Source: Capsulimonadales bacterium | Lineage (GTDB): Bacteria > Armatimonadota > Armatimonadia > Armatimonadales > Armatimonadaceae | Assembly (NCBI GenBank): GCA_033762295.1 | Contig: JANRLW010000084.1 | Coordinates: 1-64,000, forward strand | Length of the DNA: 64,000 nucleotides | Direction: 5' to 3' | Shown: positions 46,675 to 55,763 of the stretch, one piece after another | Layout: each line of letters begins with the position of its first letter | How positions within the stretch are numbered: the first letter of the stretch is position 1 | The notes under the pieces: generated by a model | Database searches by the model: none | What the model saw: the letters and a program-made list of their open reading frames with translations, nothing else | What the model was told of the DNA's origin: nothing | Made by a program: the position numbers and the translations under genes

Positions 46675-47704
46675 AGTGTTCGGGGTGATCGGCCGAAGCC
46701 CAGTAGTAGATGGTGACGATTTTTCCATCCGGACGCTGAAACATTTGCGGATAGCCGAAATCGGCATCGCCGAATCGGTCCGGCCGGAAATCCTCGCGCA
46801 ACGTCCGCTCCTCCTCCCAGGTTCGTCCGTCATTTCGGCTCAGTCGGACCACCAGTCGCTTTTGCGCGCGGTTTCCGTAGGCGCAACAGAGCCGACCGTC
46901 GGCCAGACGGATCAGTGCGGGAGGATTGCCGTTTTCGTTGCCGGTTTCGCCCACCCGTGAGAGGAAGCCCCAGGTCGTTCCGGCGTCCTCGGAACGGTAC
47001 AGATCGACCCAGCAGACATCCTTATCCATCCGGCGGCGACGGACGGCGGCGACGATCGCGGAATCGGAGAGCCGCACCGGCGAGGGCATGACGGCACGGT
47101 AAGGGTCCTGCGGCGAAACGATCCAGCCCAGAAACTCGATCCGGGTGCCTCCCGCCGTCATCCGGGCGGCGAACGCGCGATCCGTGCCTCCCTTGCCCGG
47201 AAGGCGCGCCGACAGGAAAAGGGTCAGAGAATCGCCCGCCGAACGGAGATAGGCGGTCCGCGCCGTCACCTCCCAGTCGCGGGCCGCCGTTTCCTTCAAC
47301 ACCTCGCCGAGCCGGAACGGCCCCTCCCATGTCCTGCCGAAGTCACGCGAGACGGCGAACGCGCCTTTTCCCTCGCTCGAACCGTGGTACCCCTCTCCGA
47401 AGAATCGCAGAATCACCCGTTCGTCCTTCCACGGGAGAGCCTGGGTCAGGTCACGAACCGGGGTTCCCTCCGCCGGAAAGGAGACGGGGTTTTCGAGCGT
47501 CCAGGTCGTGCCCCCGTCGGTCGTTCGGGCGAAACTCCGGTCGTACGGCTTGAGCAGGTTGTGTCCTTCCTGCTCCTTGAACCGTCCGGTAACGAACCCG
47601 ACCAGCGCTTCGGAACCGTTCCGGACCCACAGGCCATTGTTGGCCGGCCAGGCGGCAAAGATTCCGGGACGATGAAAAACCACGCTATGGCGGAAAATGA
47701 ACAA
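46646..47704 (-). CDS. Sialidase/BNR (Asp-box) repeat protein
   Basis: Asp boxes TTDGGTTW, SRDFGRTW, SEDAGTTW, SRNDGRTW; DFGYP and IVTIYYW tail; TTG start. Confidence 0.82.
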   Translation of the reverse strand: MFIFRHSVVFHRPGIFAAWPANNGLWVRNGSEALVGFVTGRFKEQEGHNLLKPYDRSFARTTDGGTTWTLENPVSFPAEGTPVRDLTQALPWKDERVILRFFGEGYHGSSEGKGAFAVSRDFGRTWEGPFRLGEVLKETAARDWEVTARTAYLRSAGDSLTLFLSARLPGKGGTDRAFAARMTAGGTRIEFLGWIVSPQDPYRAVMPSPVRLSDSAIVAAVRRRRMDKDVCWVDLYRSEDAGTTWGFLSRVGETGNENGNPPALIRLADGRLCCAYGNRAQKRLVVRLSRNDGRTWEEERTLREDFRPDRFGDADFGYPQMFQRPDGKIVTIYYWASADHPEHFIASTLWEP

Positions 47705-47713
47705 CGGTCAACC

Positions 47714-48091
47714 TCAGCGGAAATAGCGTTGGGCCGCCGGGTTCAGCAGCACGATCAGCGTGTAAATGCCCAGGATCTGGGTCCAGCCGAACGAGGAGAC
47801 GTTGATCAAATGCAGAATCGAGATCACGATCCCCAGCGTCCGCGCCCAGGACGCGCCCTGAAGCATACCGATACCCGACAGTACGCCCAGTATACCGTAG
47901 AAACCGAGGGGAACGGCGAGCAGCGCTCCCATCCCGGAAAGACCGAAAAAGGCGGTGGCATCCCCGGAGGCCAGCCCGAGCAATGCGCCTCCGAACAGAA
48001 AAACCGCCGCGAAAAGAGCCGTGCCGATATTGGTGAGGATATTCAGCCAGGCGGCGATCCGGATGTGCGTTTGAATGTTATAATCGTCCAT
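47714..48091 (-). CDS. Small membrane protein (about 4 TM)
   Basis: THIRIAAWLNIL...G.G.L....WAR.LGIV.S...LGIY.L.VL; GAGGT SD. Confidence 0.75.
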   Translation of the reverse strand: MDDYNIQTHIRIAAWLNILTNIGTALFAAVFLFGGALLGLASGDATAFFGLSGMGALLAVPLGFYGILGVLSGIGMLQGASWARTLGIVISILHLINVSSFGWTQILGIYTLIVLLNPAAQRYFR

Positions 48092-48323
48092 GTCGACCTC
48101 GTGTCCTTGAAATGGCGGCGAATATATACTGCCACCCGGTAGGACACGCAGGGAGACGCTCCGGTTGCCACTCCCTTTCCTCAATCCCGACTCCGCCGCC
48201 TCCGTCCCGGGATGTATTTTCCATCGATCGAACGTCGTACCGAAAATCGGACTTGCCGCTCAGTTCAGGGTTCGGAAGCCGACATAGAATGTGGGCGTTG
48301 CTCCTCAGGAAAGGAATATCGTG

Positions 48324-49541
48324 ATGCCCACTCATTCCGGTTTACGTCTCTCCACCGGACGCCTGTGCTGCCGGGCGGTGTCCCTCTGGCCCCTGATACT
48401 GATGATCTTGCTGAGCGGATGCGGTAGCCATCGCTCCTCCCGTCGAACGTTCGATACCGGGCGGGCTACCCGACTGGTCTCCGAGTACGCCACCGCGACC
48501 CGGCGCAGCGGCGTTTCGTCCGCCGTCGTGCGCAACGGTTCCCTTCTCTGGTCCGGAAGTACCGGAATCGCCAACAAAACGCTGAACACCCGCGTGACCG
48601 ACGACACGGTCTTCGCCATCGCGTCGATTTCCAAGACGGTCACTGCGGTTGCCGTCATGCAACTGGTCGAGGAGGGAAAACTCGATCTTGACGCGGATAT
48701 CAACCGTTACCTGCCGTTTACCCTTCGGAACCCGAAGGCTGCCGGCAACATCACGCTCCGGCATCTGCTGACCCATACCTCCGGAATCAGCGATACCCGT
48801 TATTACGCCCTGGCGGAGGCGAGCCCGGAGTCCCCGGCGTTCCACTATTACCGGGACTCCGACCCGACCCTGTCCCTGGCGGACTTCTGTCGGGCGTTCT
48901 TTTCGGAGGACGGCACGTACTTCGGCCCGGAATCATTCAACGGCAGTGCGGCGGGCACGACGTTCGAATACTCCAATATCGGTATGGCGCTGGCGGGATA
49001 CATTGTCGAACGCGCCGCCGGTGAATCCTTTGCGGACTTCACCCGACGCCGCATCTTCCAGCCGCTGGGTATGACCCGCACCGGGTGGCGGGTGGCCGAA
49101 TTTGCCACGCGGGAGTTGGCGATGCCGTACGGCCCGGAGGGTGAGGCTCTCGGCAACTATACGTTCGCGGACTATCCCAATGGCGGCCTGCGCACCACTG
49201 CACGGGACCTATCCCGCTTCCTTCGGGCGTTCATTCAGGACGGCGTCCTGGAAGGCCGAAGGATCCTGCAGGCGGCGACGGTCCGGGAGATGAAGCGCGT
49301 CCAGTACCCGAATATCCCCGAAGCCGAGCAGCAGCGACTGGGCTGGAACGGCGTGATGGTCGGCTCTCAGTTGGCGATCGGACACTCCGGCGCGGAGCGG
49401 GGCATCTCGACCGGAATGTACTACAGCACGGCGACCGGTTCGGGCGCGATCGTCCTGACCAATGGCTCGCTGACAAGTGTCGAAGACCTGAACGCCCAGA
49501 GCGCCCTCCTTGAATCGCTCATCCGGGAGGCGGACCGGTAG
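48324..49541 (+). CDS. Serine hydrolase, class C beta-lactamase family lipoprotein
   Basis: SISK (SxxK), LLTHTSG, YSN and HSG motifs; lipobox LLSGC. Confidence 0.9.
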   Translation: MPTHSGLRLSTGRLCCRAVSLWPLILMILLSGCGSHRSSRRTFDTGRATRLVSEYATATRRSGVSSAVVRNGSLLWSGSTGIANKTLNTRVTDDTVFAIASISKTVTAVAVMQLVEEGKLDLDADINRYLPFTLRNPKAAGNITLRHLLTHTSGISDTRYYALAEASPESPAFHYYRDSDPTLSLADFCRAFFSEDGTYFGPESFNGSAAGTTFEYSNIGMALAGYIVERAAGESFADFTRRRIFQPLGMTRTGWRVAEFATRELAMPYGPEGEALGNYTFADYPNGGLRTTARDLSRFLRAFIQDGVLEGRRILQAATVREMKRVQYPNIPEAEQQRLGWNGVMVGSQLAIGHSGAERGISTGMYYSTATGSGAIVLTNGSLTSVEDLNAQSALLESLIREADR

Positions 49542-49551
49542 CGGGAAGTGC

Positions 49552-49582
49552 GGAAGGGCCCTCGACGGAGGGCCCTTCCTTT
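49552..49582. terminator. Terminator hairpin between convergent genes
   Basis: ggaagggccctc-gacg-gagggcccttcc then TTT. Confidence 0.75.
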
Positions 49583-52500
49583 CAGCGGACGGCGACCAGT
49601 TGTTCGAGGATGGTCGGGTCCTTGATCTCCGAATCCCGCGCCAGGAGGAGCGTCTTGGAGACGACCTCGGCGCTGCGCGGGTCGTCGTCGGCGAACGGCA
49701 GGAAAAGCCGTCCCCGATGTTGCGCATGCGACGGCACGATACAGACGAAGCCGCCGGGCTGCCGGTGAACGATCGCGCTGCCCAGGTGGATCGAGTAGGA
49801 ACCGAGGGTCCCCGCGATCAGGACATGCGACTTTTCCACGCGGACATTATCGAGCTTCAACAGGGTCGAAGCCTCCCGGACCAGCGCGGCCCGCATCTCG
49901 ACCGTGGACGCCGACGCTTCGGGATCGACGCCGCCCATGTGCGCGACGCTGACCACCAGATCGAGGTCCCGCATCGTTTCGGAGAACAGGCGTGGCGGCA
50001 CCTCGGCCAGCGGCAGCCACCCGTGCCTGTCCGGTCGGGTGAACCGGAGGTTCTCGATCGTGAACCCTTCGACATCGAGCGGTGACAGGGTCAGGCCGAC
50101 CGATCCGAGCCAGGCGGTGATCTTCGCGTCATGGTACGTCTTCCGCGCCCCGTCCTCATAGGAGTTCACCCAGCCCCGCTTGTTGAGCAAGGCGAGCGCC
50201 TGCTTCGGATTGACCTGATGCCCGGAGTAACGCGCCGAGAACGTCGCGTCTGCCCGCTCCTGATCGGTCAGGACGTACAGTTCGCGGAAGACCTGTTTGA
50301 ACGGCTGAACCCGTTCCCGGAGGAAGCAGTCGCGCTGCCAGCGGTCCCATTTTCCGGTATGCAGCAGGTCCCATGGGTGCGCCAGTCGCAGCATCAGGTC
50401 GTTCCCCAGGGCGAACCGGGTTCCCTCGCAGTCCTCCAGAACGCCTCCTTCGTCCTGAGGATAACCCAGTATCGGTTCTCCGCCCGCCTCCTCGACAAAC
50501 ACGAGGGACCGCAGCATCGGCGTCAGCACCGGATGATCGAACAGCGCGCGCAGTTCCCGCCCCGAAAATCGGTCGCCCCGGATCATGGCCGTTTCGAGCG
50601 ATTCCTTCATCCGCGATGCCTGCCGTTCGATCTCCTTTTTTCGGGCGACCAGCGCGGCGACGGCCTCATTTTTCTTCGCCTTCGGCGGGATCGCGGCCAG
50701 CACACGACCTTTCTTCACCGTGACCAGGTCCGGCCGTCCCAGAGGATTGACCGAAAGCGTCACGGTGACGTCGTCCGCCTCCACGGTAACCGGGCCGGCT
50801 TTCAGGTCCGCGACCGCCCGGGTCTCCATCGCCCATTCGAGACGGATCGGATCGGGATAACCGACCGTCCTCGCCAGGTTTTCCATACCGATCCGTGCGG
50901 CGATCTTTTCGTTCTCCTGCCGAATCGGGCCGAACTGCTTCGAGGTGCGGAGAAACTCCCGGATCGCGGCATACCGCAGGAGGGTTTCGTCCTGTCGAAG
51001 CTCAGGATCCTCCGGCAGCGGTAGCAGACCGAGGGCGCGGACCGAGTCCTGATGCCGCTTTTCCGTGATGCGCTTGACCAGGTCCTCCTTGGCCGTTCGA
51101 CCGAGCATGGCGTCGGCGAACAGCTGCGCCCGCTTGTGTCCGAGGCCGGAGGAGGCATACCGGGCGGCGGCGTCGAGACGGCCCCAGCGGTCCGCGCCCA
51201 GTCCCGCGTAAACGCGCCGGAACCAGGCGACATCGACGGCTCCCTGGGTCAGATCGTCCGCGGTCAGCGGTGTCTTGTCGGAAATTTCCGCCGCCCAGGA
51301 CTCGCGGATCTCCGCTTCCACGCTCCATTGATTGTCCTTCGTATGGGCATGGAACCACCAGACCGACTCGGCGAACTCCGGCCAGCCGATCGCCTGCTCG
51401 ATATGTTTCGCCCAATGGGGAGCGAACAGGGCGAGGTCGATCCATTTCTCTTCCGGAATGCCCGACGCCCGCAAAGCGTCCGCGAACCGTTCGGGCGTGT
51501 CTTCGGGGTCGGGGAAGGTCGACCGGATGATCTTGCTGAAGACATGGACCCGGTTATCCCCACCGTAGTAGGAATAGCCGCGCGCCAGCGGCTCCTTTCC
51601 GAGGGCGGCGAGAAAATTCAGAAGGACCTCCATCCCGCCGGTCCGGATCAGGGTTCGCGCGGCGTTCGTGACGACGGTCGGCGTATCGCCCCGGCGAATC
51701 TCCACCTCCAGCACACGCCGTCGACACTGATCGACGATCTCGGCCAATCCCGGCGTCGACTCCATAATCGGTGTCGGCTTCCGCCCTGAGAGCGACGCCA
51801 GGTAATAGAAGTTATTCTGGTAATATTCCCCGGCGGGTCGCGGCCCCAGGAGCAGGTCGAAGATATCGTCCCGGTTCAACGCGCCGAATTTGAATCCTGC
51901 CACGGCGGTTTCCGGAGGGAGCCGCTGGCGGTCGGCTTCCGGGCGCGGCTGCACCATCCAGACCCGAAGATTCCACAGACGGCGGAGGCGGTCCTCGGTC
52001 CAGCGACCGGGAAACCGGCGCAGATCGTCCTCACAGGCGTAGAACCATGCCTGAAGCCGCCCTCCCTGCCGCCAATTGCCGCATCGGTACTGCCGAAGGT
52101 ATTTCACCTCCTCGTCGTCGTTCGGTGGCCGGATCGAGGCTTCCGAACTCGCGGCGACGATAGCGGACGGAACGATTATCCCGAGTTCCCCGAGTTCGCT
52201 GAGAATGCTTTCGAGTTCGATTTGCACGTCCTGTTCGTCGTCAGGAACCGGCATCGCGGCATCGCTCACCGTTTCGCCGGAGGCATCGACGCTCGGGCTC
52301 TCGGCGGGTCCGAGGGATTCCCGGAAGGCAAGCGTCTCCTCCTCCCGGATCACCACCCGGGCCAGTGTGGTTTCGGCGGCGGCGAGGAGGAAATCCGGTG
52401 TCGTCTCCTTCGTCCCGGAGAACCGCAGCAACCAGTCGATCAAACGGTTGACGATGTTCCGCCGGGTCAACTTCAGGTCGGAAAGATCATCGACAAACTC

Positions 52501-54789
52501 CTTCCAGTACTCCCGCAACATCGATGGCAGGTTGTGACCGCTATTGACGTTCAGAATGGCCAGCATCGTATGGGTGCGAACCAGTTCGTGACCGTCCGGG
52601 TCACGCATCGTCGCCGGTCGTGCGTCCCACCAGGCAAGGACGTCTCCGATCCAGGGGAGTCTTGCGCGGTTTTCCTCCTCCGTCAGATCGCATTCGACCG
52701 CCGGAAAGCTATGCTCCCCATCGGCCAGAAGCATTTCCCGGCTATCGCCGTTCCAGAATTTGGCGACGAAGGTTCGCTCCCGGTTTTCCTCCACCCACTG
52801 ATCGATTCCCTTCAGGATGGCGACGACCGTCGGCGATTTCAGGATCGGCGGATCGGCGACCGGTTGTGGGGCGGTTCCCCGGCTCAGCGCGGCCGTGTTC
52901 AGCAGGCCGAGGGCGTTCTCCAGGGTCGGCTTGTCATTCCGCTCGTCGAGCAGCGATTCGAGCAGGGCGGATTCCGTTTTCGACGGAGCGGACCGGTGGG
53001 CGGCGAACGAACGGGCTTTCTCCCGGACGGTTTCCGTCGCGCGTTTGGCTTTCGCCATCTCCTCGAGGAGGCCGAGTCCGGCCACCCGCTGCGGTTCCTG
53101 TTTGCTCGCCATGAGTCGATCCGCCGAGGCCAGGACGCCTTCATCGGTCTGCCGGAGCAGAAGATCGATCACGCTGCGACGCAGCCCGGCGGCTTTTCGC
53201 GAAAGGGATTTTTCGTATTCGGCGACGATGATCGGATCGCCGGCGGGGTACCGTTTCAACCCCTCCAGCGCCTTGTTCCGCACCATGCCGGACGGATCCG
53301 CCAGAAATCCGAACAGGACATCCCGATGCTGATCGTTGATCGGGTTCGGATCGGACGCATAGGCATTTGCGACGGCCAGCCGTCCGGCGGCATCCATCTG
53401 CGAGAGGTAGGGAAGAAGACGGGACAGCGGGCGATCTCCGCGGACACCGACCAGTCCGACCGCCAGATTTTTGGCCTGGGCGACCGGCGCAATCCAGGGG
53501 AACAGGATCGAATCCAGCGGCTTCGCCTCCTTCGGGAAGCGCGGCAGATTTCGCTCCAGCCGTTCGAAGAGGTCGGAACTTTTCAGTTCGTCCGCGACCC
53601 GGTCGATATTCATATAGTACAGGTTGGAAAGGTTCAGGGCATCGATCGCCAGGGTGGCGATGCGAAGATCGGGATCATCGAGCGCGGGAAGCAGAGCGAT
53701 CCGCGCTTCCGGAAGGCCCAGATGCTGCAGAACATGGACCGCCGCCGCCCGTCGGACGGCGATTCCGTCGTTCAGCAGTTCGCTCGCCCTTCGAACGGCG
53801 ACGGCGGCATCCTCGAATCCGAACGCCCAGAGCGCCAGATAGACCGTCTCGCCGTCGTCCGACCCTGCCAGCGCCTTTTCCCGCGCCTCGGGATCGAACA
53901 TAAAATCGTGGGCCAGATTCAGCGCACGGTTCGCCTGTTTCAGGGTCGGCGCATCCCAGCCAAGGGCGAACCAGACGCCGACGGCGCGGATGGTCGCCGA
54001 AAACCGCATCATTTCATGCTCCGCCAGCAGTCGGAGCATTCGACGGAACGCCTCCGGGTGCCCCTCATCGATCGCCTCCAGGATCTGCTGGCGTAACCCC
54101 TCCTGCCGCTGGGCGGCCAGCAGCAGCTTCTCCACGAACTCCCAGCCCTCCCGTCGAGAGGCCATCAGCAGGGCGCGTGTGACATGTCGCCCCATGGCCG
54201 CCTCGCCGTGCTCTCCCTTTCCGGTCGCCAGCAGCAGGTCGAACAGGGCGTTCCCTTCCTCCCCGCCGCCGTCGATGACCGCCGCGAAGAGCGGCCCGAA
54301 CGCCTGCGCAAAATAGCTCATGTAGCCCGTATAGGCGCCGAACCACAGGATGTCCCGGTCCGGATACGGAGCTACGGCGCGGAGGATCGCTTCGACGGCA
54401 TCGAACCGATGGGCACGCGACAGTTCCGGGCGATCGGTGATCCGAAACGCCCGTCGAAGATATCCCCCCTGATAGATGTCCCGTCGGAAATTCCAGTACA
54501 GGGCGAGCGCCCGACCGAGTTTCGGAGCGAACGCGGAAAACAGGGTCTCCCGTTGCGTCAGGTCCAGGGCATCGAGAGCGGCGGCCGCCCGCGCCTCCAT
54601 TTCCGAGCGGCGATGCCAGTCCACGATCGTTTTGCCGTTTTCGTTTTTTCCGCTCAAAACGAACCCGATCGACCGGAGGGACTCCGGCAGGGCCATCAGT
54701 TCGCTTTCCAGACGTTTTACCCGGTCGGCCACCGGCATCTCGGCGGCATCCAGCCGCGCTTTCGCCATTTCCGCGCTCAACATGAGCAA
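49582..54789 (-). CDS. Giant DUF5724/DUF4132-type helical-repeat protein (MolR/YehI-related)
   Basis: KLLLAAQRQEGLRQ.ILE, HEAT-like repeats, QPFKQVFRELY, FSETMRDLDLVVSVAH.GGVDPEAS.STVEMR, GRLFLPFADDDP. Confidence 0.85.
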   Translation of the reverse strand: MLMLSAEMAKARLDAAEMPVADRVKRLESELMALPESLRSIGFVLSGKNENGKTIVDWHRRSEMEARAAAALDALDLTQRETLFSAFAPKLGRALALYWNFRRDIYQGGYLRRAFRITDRPELSRAHRFDAVEAILRAVAPYPDRDILWFGAYTGYMSYFAQAFGPLFAAVIDGGGEEGNALFDLLLATGKGEHGEAAMGRHVTRALLMASRREGWEFVEKLLLAAQRQEGLRQQILEAIDEGHPEAFRRMLRLLAEHEMMRFSATIRAVGVWFALGWDAPTLKQANRALNLAHDFMFDPEAREKALAGSDDGETVYLALWAFGFEDAAVAVRRASELLNDGIAVRRAAAVHVLQHLGLPEARIALLPALDDPDLRIATLAIDALNLSNLYYMNIDRVADELKSSDLFERLERNLPRFPKEAKPLDSILFPWIAPVAQAKNLAVGLVGVRGDRPLSRLLPYLSQMDAAGRLAVANAYASDPNPINDQHRDVLFGFLADPSGMVRNKALEGLKRYPAGDPIIVAEYEKSLSRKAAGLRRSVIDLLLRQTDEGVLASADRLMASKQEPQRVAGLGLLEEMAKAKRATETVREKARSFAAHRSAPSKTESALLESLLDERNDKPTLENALGLLNTAALSRGTAPQPVADPPILKSPTVVAILKGIDQWVEENRERTFVAKFWNGDSREMLLADGEHSFPAVECDLTEEENRARLPWIGDVLAWWDARPATMRDPDGHELVRTHTMLAILNVNSGHNLPSMLREYWKEFVDDLSDLKLTRRNIVNRLIDWLLRFSGTKETTPDFLLAAAETTLARVVIREEETLAFRESLGPAESPSVDASGETVSDAAMPVPDDEQDVQIELESILSELGELGIIVPSAIVAASSEASIRPPNDDEEVKYLRQYRCGNWRQGGRLQAWFYACEDDLRRFPGRWTEDRLRRLWNLRVWMVQPRPEADRQRLPPETAVAGFKFGALNRDDIFDLLLGPRPAGEYYQNNFYYLASLSGRKPTPIMESTPGLAEIVDQCRRRVLEVEIRRGDTPTVVTNAARTLIRTGGMEVLLNFLAALGKEPLARGYSYYGGDNRVHVFSKIIRSTFPDPEDTPERFADALRASGIPEEKWIDLALFAPHWAKHIEQAIGWPEFAESVWWFHAHTKDNQWSVEAEIRESWAAEISDKTPLTADDLTQGAVDVAWFRRVYAGLGADRWGRLDAAARYASSGLGHKRAQLFADAMLGRTAKEDLVKRITEKRHQDSVRALGLLPLPEDPELRQDETLLRYAAIREFLRTSKQFGPIRQENEKIAARIGMENLARTVGYPDPIRLEWAMETRAVADLKAGPVTVEADDVTVTLSVNPLGRPDLVTVKKGRVLAAIPPKAKKNEAVAALVARKKEIERQASRMKESLETAMIRGDRFSGRELRALFDHPVLTPMLRSLVFVEEAGGEPILGYPQDEGGVLEDCEGTRFALGNDLMLRLAHPWDLLHTGKWDRWQRDCFLRERVQPFKQVFRELYVLTDQERADATFSARYSGHQVNPKQALALLNKRGWVNSYEDGARKTYHDAKITAWLGSVGLTLSPLDVEGFTIENLRFTRPDRHGWLPLAEVPPRLFSETMRDLDLVVSVAHMGGVDPEASASTVEMRAALVREASTLLKLDNVRVEKSHVLIAGTLGSYSIHLGSAIVHRQPGGFVCIVPSHAQHRGRLFLPFADDDPRSAEVVSKTLLLARDSEIKDPTILEQLVAVR

Positions 54790-54810
54790 TGTTCTCCTTT
54801 TTTGTTCGGT

Positions 54811-55251
54811 TTAGCCACCCGCCAGGGCGACGAGACGGAGGAACAGAACCCGGCTTCCCTCCCGGAGCGGAATGGGATCGTCGAGTCGCTCCTGCTGAAC
54901 CTCATCGACGAACACGAAAAACAGTCCGTCCTCGAACGCTCGGAGGGCGTTCTCGATGGCCGTGCTCTCGTCGGCCTCGGTGACGGTTTCCGGCCGTCCT
55001 CCCAGATCGATCTTGCCCTTTTCGACCCCTTCGGCGATCTGCGCGGCCGTCAGAGCGTTCAGCACCGAACGGCGCTCCTGCCGCTCCCGGTAGGCGGTCA
55101 CCTCCTGGCGAACGACCCGGGTGAGAAAACCGCGCAACGTCACGGGTTCGTCGGGAAGCGCCATCTGCCAGGTCGGGAAGAGTTGCTTACCGCGACCGAA
55201 CTGTTTTCCTTCGATGGTAATTTGCGGAATGGTGGTTTCGACGTTTGTCAT
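54811..55251 (-). CDS. DUF4132-associated small protein, predicted beta-grasp (MoaD/ThiS/ubiquitin-like) with C-terminal Gly-Gly
   Basis: CAGGAG SD; ends FFVFVDEVQQERLDDPIPLREGSRVLFLRLVALAGG*; 21 nt upstream of the DUF4132-type gene. Confidence 0.7.
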   Translation of the reverse strand: MTNVETTIPQITIEGKQFGRGKQLFPTWQMALPDEPVTLRGFLTRVVRQEVTAYRERQERRSVLNALTAAQIAEGVEKGKIDLGGRPETVTEADESTAIENALRAFEDGLFFVFVDEVQQERLDDPIPLREGSRVLFLRLVALAGG

Positions 55252-55763
55252 GAGTGTTTGACTCCTGAAGGTTCGGATAGCCCTGCATATTATAGAATAG
55301 GGGAAGTTTTTGTCCGACATTAGACTGCATTTTCGACGGAATAACCGGAAACGGACGACCGCTTTACCCGGGTATTTACCGGTGGGGAGAGAAACCGGTC
55401 CGATCCGGGATCATTTACCGATGCCGTTGTCGCCGATCATAGCCTATCCACCGGTTTTGGCGGTACAATCAGATAATTGTGTGGCCGGAAGCGGAGAGCA
55501 GGCGGCAGCACCGGACGGGTATCCTTCCAACGGATCCGGCCCGGAGGGCTGCGGCCTTCTGTTTCTGTCTCGTGAAATCTGTCGTGTCTCAGCCCACCCG
55601 CGGGCGGACGGAGTCCACCCCGCCGTGCTTCGGTTCTCGTGCGACGGGCGGCGGTTCCGATGCCGACAAGGACATCGGAACCGGAAAAGGTACCGCGCGT
55701 CCTGCCCTCCGGGGAGCCGGGGACACGCGACAGTTCGAATAGAAAAAACAGGTTGACTGTTCC

